64,000 nt of DNA from Polyangiales bacterium (lineage in GTDB: Bacteria; Myxococcota_A; Polyangia; Polyangiales; Polyangiaceae), in NCBI GenBank assembly GCA_038230375.1, contig JBBRNJ010000053.1, positions 1 to 64,000 on the forward strand, in the 5' to 3' direction. Made by a program: the position numbers and the translations under genes. The notes beneath the pieces were generated by a model that searched no databases, was not told the DNA's origin, and saw only the letters and a program-made list of their open reading frames with translations. Below are positions 17,419 to 26,457 of the stretch, one piece after another; position 1 is the stretch's first letter, and the number at the start of each line of letters is the position of its first letter.

Positions 17419-20043
17419 TCATCCAATGAGCTCGCTCGCGGCCACCACGCCGGTCAGTTGCTCGCGAAAGAGCGCATAAACCACGCTCTTTTCGGGCAGC
17501 GCGACGTCGCCGGTATAGAGCGCTGCGAACGCCGGCGTGCCTTTTCCGAGCGTGAGCGGCCCCTTGCTGCGCGCCCCGAATGCGCCACGCAGGCGCTCGA
17601 AGAACGCGTTCGCCGTCTCGCTCGTCGCGCGCTCGAGCGTGCGATGCGAACCGTCGCGCGCACGCAGGTGAACCCGACTGCCGCGAGACGCAGCATGAAG
17701 CAGCGCCAGATCGCGCATGGTCGGGCGCACGCCGCTTGCGAAGTACTTCATCATCGTGGGGCAGATGCGCGACACGTCGGCGTTGGACGTGGCCACGTTG
17801 TTGAACTGGATCTTCCCGGCGGAGTACACGTCCAGCCAGTGGATGGTGCCATCCTCCACGTCGAACACGAGCGGCATGAACATGCCGTTGTCGCCCTGGA
17901 GCGCGAACTTCAGCGTGACCGTGCGCGGGTCGAAGAGAGCGCCGTGATCGTCGTCGCGGAGCATGATGCCGGCGTAGCCGCGCTCCAGCTGGTCGAAGGT
18001 CATGCCCGCGTAGGCGTTCACGACCATGACGGCGTAGCGAACGCCGACCGCACGTGCCTCGGCGAGGCGCAGGTCCACGAGCTCCGTCGCCCCATCCGGG
18101 AACGGCGCGTCCTGCAGATCGCCAGCGCTCTTTGCTATCGGCTTGCCGTTGATGGTGCAGTCCAGCTGGTAGTACGAGCACACGCCGACGTACTTCCAGT
18201 CCTTGTCGTACAGGGCCACGGACAGATCGATGTCGGTGTCGTAGCCACCCTTCGGCTGGCACCAGTGAAGGAACATGCGCACGAGCTTGCCGTTCGTCTC
18301 GCCCTGCACCCGTGAGCCGCGCGCGAGCTGCACCGCGGAAGGACTGGCAGTGCGCTCGTTGAACGGCACCGTGATGGTCGCGAGCGCGTCGTCCACGATG
18401 AAGTCGGCGAACGCGGGCTTCTCGCCGAAGCGACGGAGCAGCTCGTTCTGGATGGCGGCGGTTGCGTTTCGTGCGACGTCGGGCGGAAGCGTGGTGCGCT
18501 TGTCGGTCGCGGCGACGCCGGTGGTCACGCCGCCCTTTGGCCAGTACATGCGCACGGGCGCCTTCGCGACGCGCGTGGGCAGCGTGGTCCACAGCGTGAG
18601 CAGCACCGGCGTGGAGAAGGACTTCACGCACGCCGTGAACGCGTCAGACACGATCGCGACGCGAGTGGCGTCACCGTCTGCGACGCGAAGGAGGTGATCG
18701 AAGCGGCGCGCGAGATCGCCTGGTCGTGCTCGAAGCAGCGTCACTGCGGCCTGGATGTCGCGCGCACCGATCGCCGTCTCCACCTTGCTGGCAAACGTGC
18801 GGAAGGCGGGAGCGGGCGTGCCGTCAGGGGCATTTTCTCGGAGGATCGTGAACGCGTGGGCCACCTTCGGGAAGCGCTTCGCGTACTCGTGCGGGTGCAA
18901 CGTCTCGCCCACCCACACCCAGTACGAGCGGTGTCGAAGCATGTCCTCCGTGAGTCGCTCGGCGTCGAACGACTCCATGAGCGACAGCAGCGCCCGACGG
19001 AACGCGCGCGACATGCGCACCACCCTGAACCGCTTCTTCGTGAACGCGACATACACGTTCGCCACGCTGGGGTAGTTCTTCCAGCGCGTGGCCATCAGCG
19101 TCTCCACCTGCGACGCCCAGCGGCCCGGCTTGTCGCGCGGCACGCTCACGTACGACGGCACGCCCTGCAGGCTCGCGTCTGCGCCGGACACCACCGCGAG
19201 CATGCGGAGCACGTCGGTCGCGGTGGTGAGGTGCTTCTTCGCGATGGGAAGCACCGCGTCTGGCGGAAGCTTCTGCAGCAGCGTGCCGAAGACCCGCGCG
19301 GAGTTCTCCTTCACCGGGATCTTCGCGGGCAGCCACGGAACGATGCGCTCGCCGTAGTGAACGACAACGGCGGTGAGCGCGCCCACGTCCACGGGGGACA
19401 TGGCCTGCTTCCGATCGCAGAACGAAGCGAAGAGCGCGCGCGCCTGCGCGTCAAGGTCCTCACCCACGTCGAGCAGCTTGAAGGTGATGCGCTCGTTCGG
19501 CAGCGGCGCGTCATCATTCGGCGTGGTGAGGAAGAACGGCGACGAGCGATCGACCGCGCGCTCGCACGCGGGGCACGCGCTGTAGTTTGCGCCATCCCAG
19601 CAGTGCTCGCAGACCACGTGCGCGCAGGGCTTCAAGACGTACGTGGCGCCCACGCGCCGGCAGAACAGGCACGGCATGTTCTCGCGCTGGAAGAAGCGCG
19701 CGAGGAACTTCTTCCACCACAGCGCGGTGGTGTCCGCGGGCACGTCGTCCGGGAACTTGCGGAAGAGCGGGACGTGCTTGTCGCGCGCGCCGGACGATCT
19801 CGCGAGGCATTCGATCATGTGCTCGCGCACGATCGCGAGATCGAACAGCGGCAACGCCCCGAGCTCTACGCGCAGCCGCGTGGACAGCGCGTACCCGATG
19901 TCCGCGAGCGAGATGTCCACCGCGCGAAGGTGGTTCTCCAAAACGGCCTCACGAGCGACGCCCGCGGTCCATTCCTCTTCGCGCGGAAGGAACACGAGCC
20001 CCTTCCGCTTGAGGAGCACATCACGAATCCCCTCTTCCGCCAT
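17419..20043 (-). CDS. Prokaryotic RING-finger protein with TROVE/ROT-like helical region and C-terminal TerD-like domain (MXAN_6230/SCO0854-like, Prok-RING_4)
   Basis: PLFRKFPDDVP; C3HC4 RING CLFC..PCAHVVCEHCW..CPAC; TATDVLR; GETLHPHEY; RPGDLARRFDHLLR; TerD-like FLHW..DIDLS..SAGDLQDAP..GATELVD. Confidence 0.88.
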   Translation of the reverse strand: MAEEGIRDVLLKRKGLVFLPREEEWTAGVAREAVLENHLRAVDISLADIGYALSTRLRVELGALPLFDLAIVREHMIECLARSSGARDKHVPLFRKFPDDVPADTTALWWKKFLARFFQRENMPCLFCRRVGATYVLKPCAHVVCEHCWDGANYSACPACERAVDRSSPFFLTTPNDDAPLPNERITFKLLDVGEDLDAQARALFASFCDRKQAMSPVDVGALTAVVVHYGERIVPWLPAKIPVKENSARVFGTLLQKLPPDAVLPIAKKHLTTATDVLRMLAVVSGADASLQGVPSYVSVPRDKPGRWASQVETLMATRWKNYPSVANVYVAFTKKRFRVVRMSRAFRRALLSLMESFDAERLTEDMLRHRSYWVWVGETLHPHEYAKRFPKVAHAFTILRENAPDGTPAPAFRTFASKVETAIGARDIQAAVTLLRARPGDLARRFDHLLRVADGDATRVAIVSDAFTACVKSFSTPVLLTLWTTLPTRVAKAPVRMYWPKGGVTTGVAATDKRTTLPPDVARNATAAIQNELLRRFGEKPAFADFIVDDALATITVPFNERTASPSAVQLARGSRVQGETNGKLVRMFLHWCQPKGGYDTDIDLSVALYDKDWKYVGVCSYYQLDCTINGKPIAKSAGDLQDAPFPDGATELVDLRLAEARAVGVRYAVMVVNAYAGMTFDQLERGYAGIMLRDDDHGALFDPRTVTLKFALQGDNGMFMPLVFDVEDGTIHWLDVYSAGKIQFNNVATSNADVSRICPTMMKYFASGVRPTMRDLALLHAASRGSRVHLRARDGSHRTLERATSETANAFFERLRGAFGARSKGPLTLGKGTPAFAALYTGDVALPEKSVVYALFREQLTGVVAASELIG

Positions 20044-20070
20044 CGCCGCCCCGCTTCCCCAAAACGCGAA

Positions 20071-20096
20071 CGGATCGAATCTTGGGATCCGATCCG
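20071..20096 (-). promoter_or_regulatory. 11-bp hairpin in the leader of the RING-TerD gene (attenuator/terminator-like)
   Basis: Minus strand CGGAUCGGAUC-CCAA-GAUUCGAUCCG followed by UUCGCGUUUU; the G-U pair forms only on the minus strand. Confidence 0.55.
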
Positions 20097-20108
20097 CCGC
20101 AGAAAAAT

Positions 20109-20176
20109 GGAGGTAATTGCCCAGGCTGTGTTGAGCCGGCCGAAGCCGAATAGAAGGAAGCCTGGACTGAGCCTCC
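20109..20176 (-). ncRNA. Candidate structured RNA (Y-RNA-like partner or cis-regulatory leader)
   Basis: GGAGG/CCUCC outer stem, internal loop, GUCCAGGCU/AGCCUGGGC 9-bp stem, UCCUUCUA single strand, UCGGC-UUCG-GCCGG tetraloop hairpin. Confidence 0.6.
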
Positions 20177-20209
20177 GCAAGGAAACGTACCCGACGTCAG
20201 GCCGCTTGC

Positions 20210-21622
20210 CTATCCGAGAACCGCCGCCTTCGGGCGCAGGCTCACGCGCATGGGCATGCCGCCCTTCGGTGCGAGCGTGACGGACGGATCCAGCTTCACC
20301 ACGTGGCCGGGCGCCAGGTCGAAGTGGGCTCGCTGCATCATCGTGGCCAGGAGGAGCCGCGCCTCCATCATCGCGAAGTGCTTTCCGATGCACGTGCGGG
20401 TGCCTGCGCCGAACGGGACGAACGCCTTCTTCGCGATCTCCGTCATGCGGTCAGGCGCGAAGCGGTCGGGGTCGAACCGCTCGGGGTCGGGGAACCACCG
20501 CCCGTCGTGGTGCGCAAGATACGTCCACATGACGACCTCGGCGCCGGCGGGAATCGTGAACCCGCCAACGGTCGCGTCCTCCGATGCGGTGCGCGACAGC
20601 ACGAAGGCGGGCGGGTAGAGGCGCATGGCCTCGTTCAGCACCTGCTCCGCGTACGGCATGGCCGGGAGATCCGCAACGCCGGGAAGGCGGCCCGCGAGGA
20701 CGGTGTCGATCTCCTCCATGAGCCGCTTCTCCACGTCCGGATTCTGCGAGAGCAAGTAGACGGTCCACGTGAGCAGGTGCGACGTGGTGTCGTGGCCTGC
20801 AAGGAACATGGTGAGGAGCTCGTCGCGCAGCTGCTTCCGCGAGATGCGCTCTCCCGAGGCCTCGGCGTCCACCGTGCGGATCAGCAGCGACAGCAGGTCC
20901 GTCCGCGCGTTCAACTTCTCTTCGGGCTCCGCGCGGCGGCGATCGATCATGTCGAAGATGATCTGGTCCATGTCCGCGAGCGCTTTCTTCGAGCGGCGCA
21001 CGCCGGGCAGCGGCAGCCAGTCGGCCAGGATCTGCGGACTGCTGGCGCCCTGGCGGAACGTGGTCATGGCGCGCGCGACCGCGTCGGTCTCGCCGTCGCT
21101 GTCGTGATCGAAGAGCACCTTCTTCACGATGCCGAGCGTGAGGCCCATCATCTCGCGCGAGAGGTCAACCTGGCTGCCGTCACGCATCCCATCCAGCATG
21201 CGCACCGTGCGCTCGACCATCGCCGGTCCGTGCGCCTCGATCGATTTGCGATTGAACGCGGGATTGATCAATCGCCGCTGCCGCCGCCACAGCTCACCGT
21301 TGCTCGTGAGGAGCCCGCTGCCCAGGTACCGCGCGAGCTGCCGCGCCGTGAGCCCCTTCTCGGTCTTCTTGAACTTCGCGCCCTGCGCAACGAGCACCTC
21401 GTTGATGTGCTCCGGGTGGCGCAACAGGTACAGATGCGAGCCGCGAAAGTTGCTGTAGTAGATGTCACCGAACTTCCCGAAACGGCGCCGCACGAAGCCG
21501 ATCCCATCGCGCCGGAACGCGAGGAAATACCGGAGCAGCGCGACCGGATTGTTCGAGAGCGGCGGAGGGCCCGGTGGGAACGTCAGGGCCGGCTCGCTCG
21601 CGATGGTCGCGGTGGATTGCAT
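20210..21622 (-). CDS. Cytochrome P450
   Basis: AGHDTT I-helix, EAMRLYPP (ExxR), PERFDPDRF, FGAGTRTCIG heme motif. Confidence 0.95.
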   Translation of the reverse strand: MQSTATIASEPALTFPPGPPPLSNNPVALLRYFLAFRRDGIGFVRRRFGKFGDIYYSNFRGSHLYLLRHPEHINEVLVAQGAKFKKTEKGLTARQLARYLGSGLLTSNGELWRRQRRLINPAFNRKSIEAHGPAMVERTVRMLDGMRDGSQVDLSREMMGLTLGIVKKVLFDHDSDGETDAVARAMTTFRQGASSPQILADWLPLPGVRRSKKALADMDQIIFDMIDRRRAEPEEKLNARTDLLSLLIRTVDAEASGERISRKQLRDELLTMFLAGHDTTSHLLTWTVYLLSQNPDVEKRLMEEIDTVLAGRLPGVADLPAMPYAEQVLNEAMRLYPPAFVLSRTASEDATVGGFTIPAGAEVVMWTYLAHHDGRWFPDPERFDPDRFAPDRMTEIAKKAFVPFGAGTRTCIGKHFAMMEARLLLATMMQRAHFDLAPGHVVKLDPSVTLAPKGGMPMRVSLRPKAAVLG

Positions 21623-21714
21623 GGTTTCGCGCAAGCTAACCACCACTGCGCGGGCGCGCGAGATTTCTTTGCGCAGCACAAATCCAGACAACCGCTTGGA
21701 GGTGTACGAGGATC

Positions 21715-22236
21715 ATGAACCTCAAGCCCCTCATGCACGCAGGTGAATCGTCCAGGGGGACGCTGCTCGTCCGTATCGCGCTCGGCTGGGTGTTCATGTG
21801 GTCTGGAGCCATGAAGCTGGTGTTCGAGAACCAGGGGCCGCTTCGATTCGCGAAGCTCGGGCTGCCCGCACCCGAAGAGCTCGCCTACTTCGTCGGTGGG
21901 GTCGAACTCGTCGGTGGCGCGATGCTCGCGCTTGGCCTGTTCACGCGGCTGGCCGCGCTTCCGCTGGCGTTCGACATGCTCGTCGCGATCGCCACCACGA
22001 AGCTCCCGCTGCTCGTGGGCGCAGGTCCGGAGCCCGTTTCTGCGGCGCCGAAGGTCGGGCTCTGGGCGTTCGCGTACCAAGCGCGGCTGGACCTCGTGAT
22101 GCTCCTCTGCTGTGCGTTCCTCGCTGCGGCCGGCGCCGGTATCTGGTCGCTCGACGCGATCCTCTCGCGCCGTCTGAAGGATGCGCGGCTCATGCGCGAT
22201 CCCCTGATTCACGGCGCGAATGCACCGGTAAGCTGA
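21715..22236 (+). CDS. DoxX family membrane protein
   Basis: LLVRIALGWVF..G..KL, ELVGG..LALGLFTRLAA, GAGIWSLD. Confidence 0.88.
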   Translation: MNLKPLMHAGESSRGTLLVRIALGWVFMWSGAMKLVFENQGPLRFAKLGLPAPEELAYFVGGVELVGGAMLALGLFTRLAALPLAFDMLVAIATTKLPLLVGAGPEPVSAAPKVGLWAFAYQARLDLVMLLCCAFLAAAGAGIWSLDAILSRRLKDARLMRDPLIHGANAPVS

Positions 22237-22242
22237 CGACAG

Positions 22243-23238
22243 ATGGCGATCTCGGCGGAGGCACGCGACACCGACGATCTGGCTCTCGTCTCCAGTCTGG
22301 GGCGTGGAGAGGAAGCGGCGTTGCGTGCGCTGCACCGTCGGTATGCGTCCCTCGTGTTCACGGCGGCTGCGCGCATCGTCGAGCCGGCCGCGGCGGACGA
22401 GGTGGTGCAGGACGTGTTCATGACGCTGTGGAAGAAGCACGACTCCTTCGATCCGGCGCGCGGGTCGCTCCGGAGCTGGCTCGTCCAGATCGCACGCCGC
22501 CGTGCGCTGAACGAGCTGCGCAGGAAGCAGGGGCGCACCGAAGAAGGGGATGGGGCGCTGGCCGACCTTGCGGACGACGCGCTGGAGCCGGATGAAGCGC
22601 AGTGGCTCGCGCATCGCAAGGCCGTCATCCAGGCCGCGGTGGACGCGTTGCCCGCGGCGCAGAAACAGGCGCTCTCGCTCGCGTACTTTGACGAGCTCAC
22701 GCACGAGCAGATCGCCGCGACGCTGCAGATGCCGCTGGGCACCACGAAGACGCGCATTCGTCTGGCGCTCCGGCGGCTCGCGCCCGCGCTGCTCGTGGTG
22801 CTGACCGCGACCGCGCTCGTGCTTTGGTCACGACGGCGTGACGAGCTCGCGGATCGAAACGAGCAAGCGCTGCGCATGGTGACCGCGAGCGACGTCATCC
22901 CATTGCGCCTGGAGCCCGCAGCCGGCGCGCCGCCCGATGCACACGGCACGTATCGCACGCGGCCCGGCGCTCGCGTCGCGGTGCTCACCACGAGCCATCT
23001 TCCCAACGCCGGCGGCGTGGGCGCAAATGAAGCCTATTTCGCATGGACGCAAGGCCCGCACAGCTGGCGACTGCTCGGGCCGGTGACGGTGCAAGACGAT
23101 GGCCGCTCGCTCCTCGTGGTCGAACTCGGCCCTGACGAAGCCGCGACGACCGAGCTGCGCGTGACCCTCGAGACCGCCCCGCCGGGAGCCACCCCGAAAG
23201 GCCCGACGCTGCTCGGGTGGTCAGCATCGCATCGGTGA
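22243..23238 (+). CDS. ECF sigma factor fused to a TM helix and an anti-sigma (RskA-like) C-terminal domain
   Basis: Region 2 (DEVVQDVFMTLW, SWLVQIARRRA), region 4 (THEQIAATLQMPLGTTKTRIR), hydrophobic LLVVLTATALVLW, C-terminal LRVTLE..P.GPTLL. Confidence 0.85.
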   Translation: MAISAEARDTDDLALVSSLGRGEEAALRALHRRYASLVFTAAARIVEPAAADEVVQDVFMTLWKKHDSFDPARGSLRSWLVQIARRRALNELRRKQGRTEEGDGALADLADDALEPDEAQWLAHRKAVIQAAVDALPAAQKQALSLAYFDELTHEQIAATLQMPLGTTKTRIRLALRRLAPALLVVLTATALVLWSRRRDELADRNEQALRMVTASDVIPLRLEPAAGAPPDAHGTYRTRPGARVAVLTTSHLPNAGGVGANEAYFAWTQGPHSWRLLGPVTVQDDGRSLLVVELGPDEAATTELRVTLETAPPGATPKGPTLLGWSASHR

Positions 23239-23259
23239 AAAAGCAGGTATCGTGCGCGC

Positions 23260-24438
23260 ATGACCCAGACCCACAGCGAGCCCACGACGTCGAACCACCG
23301 CACCGAGCGCCACGACAAGAGCTCGGAGAAGATTGTCCGGGAGCTGTTCGCTTCGGCGGACGTCACCATCAACGGCGACAAGCCCGGCGACATCCAGGTG
23401 AAGAACGACGGCTTCTACGGGCGGCTGCTTCGCGAGGCCTCGATCGGCCTGGGCGAGTCGTACATGGACGAGTGGTGGGAGTGCGATGCGCTCGACATCT
23501 TCATCGAGAAGATCCTGCGCGTGGACATGAAGAAGAAGATCCAGGGCAGTCTGCGCCTGAAGCTTCTCACCATCCAGTCGCTCGTCACCAACATGCAGAG
23601 CCGTGCGCGCGCGAAGATCGTCGCCGAGAAGCACTACGACCTGGGCAACGACCTCTACGAGGTCATGCTCGACCCGCGCATGGTCTACACCTGCGGCTAC
23701 TGGAAGAACGCCAAGACCCTGACCGAGGCGCAGGACGCGAAGCTGGAGCTCATCTGCCAGAAGGCCGATCTGAAGCCCGGAATGCGCGTCCTGGATCTGG
23801 GCTGCGGCTTCGGCGGCTTCGCGCTCTACGCGGCCGAGAAGCACGGCTGCAAGGTGCGCGGCGTCACCGTCTCCGTGGAGCAGCAGAAGCTGGCCATGGA
23901 TCGCGCAAAGGCGAAGAATCTGGACGTGGACATCCGCGTCGCTGACTACCGCAGCCAGGACGAGAAGTTCGACGCCGTCGTGTCCATCGGCATGATGGAG
24001 CACGTGGGCTGGAAGAACCACCGCGCCATGATGGAGGTCGTGCACCGCTGCTTGAAGCAAGAGGGGCGCGCGGTCGTTCACACCATCGCTGCGAACGAGA
24101 GCCAGACGCACGGCATTCCGTTCTTCGAGAAGCACATCTTCCCGAACGCGGCCTCGCCTTCACTCCAGCAGCTCGGCAAGGCCATGGAAGGCCTCTTCGT
24201 CCTGGAAGACCTCCACAACATCGGCCCCGACTACCGCCCGACCCTGCTCGCGTGGTGGAAGAACTTCGAGGCGGGCTACGCCTCGCTCGACCAGAAGAAG
24301 TACGACCGCCGCTTCTGGCTCATGTGGCGCTTCTACCTGCTCGCGGCCGCGGGCGCCGTCGCCGCGCGCGAGTCGCAGCTGTTCCACCTGGTGCTCACGC
24401 ACGTGGGTCAGCCGCAGCCGGACTGCCGCTTCTCCTGA
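23260..24438 (+). CDS. cfa: Cyclopropane-fatty-acyl-phospholipid synthase
   Basis: GLGESYMD, HYDLGNDLY, YTCGYW, LDLGCGFGG, SIGMMEHVG. Confidence 0.93.
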   Translation: MTQTHSEPTTSNHRTERHDKSSEKIVRELFASADVTINGDKPGDIQVKNDGFYGRLLREASIGLGESYMDEWWECDALDIFIEKILRVDMKKKIQGSLRLKLLTIQSLVTNMQSRARAKIVAEKHYDLGNDLYEVMLDPRMVYTCGYWKNAKTLTEAQDAKLELICQKADLKPGMRVLDLGCGFGGFALYAAEKHGCKVRGVTVSVEQQKLAMDRAKAKNLDVDIRVADYRSQDEKFDAVVSIGMMEHVGWKNHRAMMEVVHRCLKQEGRAVVHTIAANESQTHGIPFFEKHIFPNAASPSLQQLGKAMEGLFVLEDLHNIGPDYRPTLLAWWKNFEAGYASLDQKKYDRRFWLMWRFYLLAAAGAVAARESQLFHLVLTHVGQPQPDCRFS

Positions 24439-24658
24439 CCTCCCACTCTACGCGACCGCGAGCGCGTGTCCGCAGGCGGGCCGCAACCAGGCACATCCAC
24501 ACGAGGATGACGATGAGCGACACACGCTCGAGGATCGCAACGGAGGCGGAGCCTGGTCCGACTCCGCCGAGCTCGCTCGCGTAGAGACCGAAATCCGCGC
24601 TCGTGACCGCCACGGCCACTCGGCTCTTCCCAACCTGTGCAGTCAGCTGCACACCTGG

Positions 24659-25582
24659 CTACGCCTCCGCCGGCCCGTGGAGGCTCTTGCGGTAGGCGCC
24701 TGGCGGCATTCCGTAGCGTCGCTTGAAGGCCTTGCTCAGCGACGCCTCCGAGTCGTAGCCCACGCGCTCTGCGATCTGCGCGATCGCGTGCGCCGACTCG
24801 CGCAGCATCGACCTGGCCGCATAGAGGCGCCACTGCTGCACGTACGACAGCGGCGGCTCACCCAGGAGCTGCGCGAAGGTGAGCGCAAAGCCAGAGCGCG
24901 ACATGCCGACCTCGCGCGCCAGCGTCGCCACGGTCCATTCGCGCGACGGCTTCTGGTGGACCAGCGTCAATGCGCGCGCGATGCGTGTATCCCGCAGCGC
25001 ACGGATCCAGGCGCCGGTCTGCCCTTCGTCCTTGCCAAGCCACGCGCGCACGACCTCCACGAAGAGCGCCTCCGTCAATCGCGCGACCAGCACGTCCGCG
25101 CCTGGCGTCCGCGCACCGCCCTCTGCGGACAGGAGTGTGAGCAGGAGCTGCACGCGCTCGCTCCCCTGCACATGCAGGATAGGAGGCATGAGCGAGAGGA
25201 GCGGAGGCCCGTCACGCCCCGCGGAGAAGCCACCGCACACCAGAACCGTCTGCGCACCGCGACCGCCGCAGCGAACCAGCCACGAGCCGTCGGCGCCGCC
25301 GAGTACGTCCTCGATCGGCACGCTCTCGCGATCCGGCGCATCACCGATCGCGTGTCCCGAGCCATGCGAGAGCAGCACCAGATCCCCCGCCGCGAGCCTC
25401 ACATCCGGCTCGCCAGGGACCTGTAGCACCGCGTCCCCGCGGACCACGCCATGGAACGTGGCGACCGGCGAGCCCTTCGCACGCATGGCCCACGGCGCGC
25501 GCGCCTCCAGGCGGCAATACATCTGGCCGCGCATGCGGACCGCGTCGAGCACGGCAGACAGGTCGTCCATCGCTCTTTCCAT
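24659..25582 (-). CDS. AraC family regulator with N-terminal cupin domain
   Basis: WTVATLAREVGMSRSGF, VGYDSEASLSKAFKR double HTH; LVCGGF cupin segment. Confidence 0.92.
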   Translation of the reverse strand: MERAMDDLSAVLDAVRMRGQMYCRLEARAPWAMRAKGSPVATFHGVVRGDAVLQVPGEPDVRLAAGDLVLLSHGSGHAIGDAPDRESVPIEDVLGGADGSWLVRCGGRGAQTVLVCGGFSAGRDGPPLLSLMPPILHVQGSERVQLLLTLLSAEGGARTPGADVLVARLTEALFVEVVRAWLGKDEGQTGAWIRALRDTRIARALTLVHQKPSREWTVATLAREVGMSRSGFALTFAQLLGEPPLSYVQQWRLYAARSMLRESAHAIAQIAERVGYDSEASLSKAFKRRYGMPPGAYRKSLHGPAEA

Positions 25583-25693
25583 GGCTCCAGCATAGCGAGG
25601 ATTCCTGGGCTTGTTCGTGCGTCCGGACGATTGGACAAGTCTTCTGGACGCCGGGATCCTTCAGTTCCGGAAGGCGCGTGTCACGTTGAACGC

Positions 25694-26419
25694 ATGCAGA
25701 ACGAAGCAACGCAGAACAATACATTCCTCAAGGTTGGTGGCGTCGCGGCGATCCTCTCCGGGATCATCACGCAGGTCTCCGGCGCGCTTCACCCGGTGGA
25801 GACGGCGACCATCTTCGACCCCGCGACGCACATGAAGGAGATCGCCGCGAACCCCACGTGGAACGCCGTGTACCTGGGCTTCACCGTGGGCTTCCTGCTC
25901 ATGCTCGTTGGCCTCAACGCGATCTCGCGTGCGATCGTGGACGAGCCCGCGGCCTCGTGGGCCCGCGTCGCGCGCTCGGTCGCGACTGCGACCACGGCAG
26001 TGGCGCTGGTCTTCTTCGTGGTCGACGGCTTCGCGGCAAAGACCGTGGCGCTCGCCATGACGGCGAACCCGACGGACGCCACCATCGCCGCCGCCGGCGC
26101 CGTGGACCGCGTGGGCCGCGCATTCTTCGGTCACTGGACGCTGCTGTCGTGGGGCGTCACGCCGCTCCTCTTCGGTGTGACGGTGCTGCAGAGCACCACG
26201 TTCAAGAAGTGGCTCGGCGCATTCCCGATCATCAGCGGCCTGGCCGGCCTCACGGTGGGCCTCATCCAGGACTTCGGTGACTTCTCGCTCGGGCTCTTGC
26301 CGCCCTTCTACGCGGCGGTGCTGGTCTTCAACGTGTGGATGGTGACGATGGGCGTGACGCTCCTCCGCCGTTCACCGTCAAGCGCGACGCGCGCAGTGCA
26401 GGTGCTCGGGACGACCTGA
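25694..26419 (+). CDS. Multi-pass membrane protein (DUF4386-like), probable target of the divergent AraC regulator
   Basis: About six hydrophobic segments; start ATG 25694. Confidence 0.7.
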   Translation: MQNEATQNNTFLKVGGVAAILSGIITQVSGALHPVETATIFDPATHMKEIAANPTWNAVYLGFTVGFLLMLVGLNAISRAIVDEPAASWARVARSVATATTAVALVFFVVDGFAAKTVALAMTANPTDATIAAAGAVDRVGRAFFGHWTLLSWGVTPLLFGVTVLQSTTFKKWLGAFPIISGLAGLTVGLIQDFGDFSLGLLPPFYAAVLVFNVWMVTMGVTLLRRSPSSATRAVQVLGTT

Positions 26420-26457
26420 CGACCTGACGACCCGCGGGGATCGCAACGAGCAGGAGC

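Noticed and set aside
26411..26432. Short duplications or palindromes at gene ends (CGACCTGA repeats; also 16452-16468, 39921-39940, 41821-41836)
   Set aside because: Too short and dissimilar to define a repeat family; probably local slippage or convergent-end hairpins
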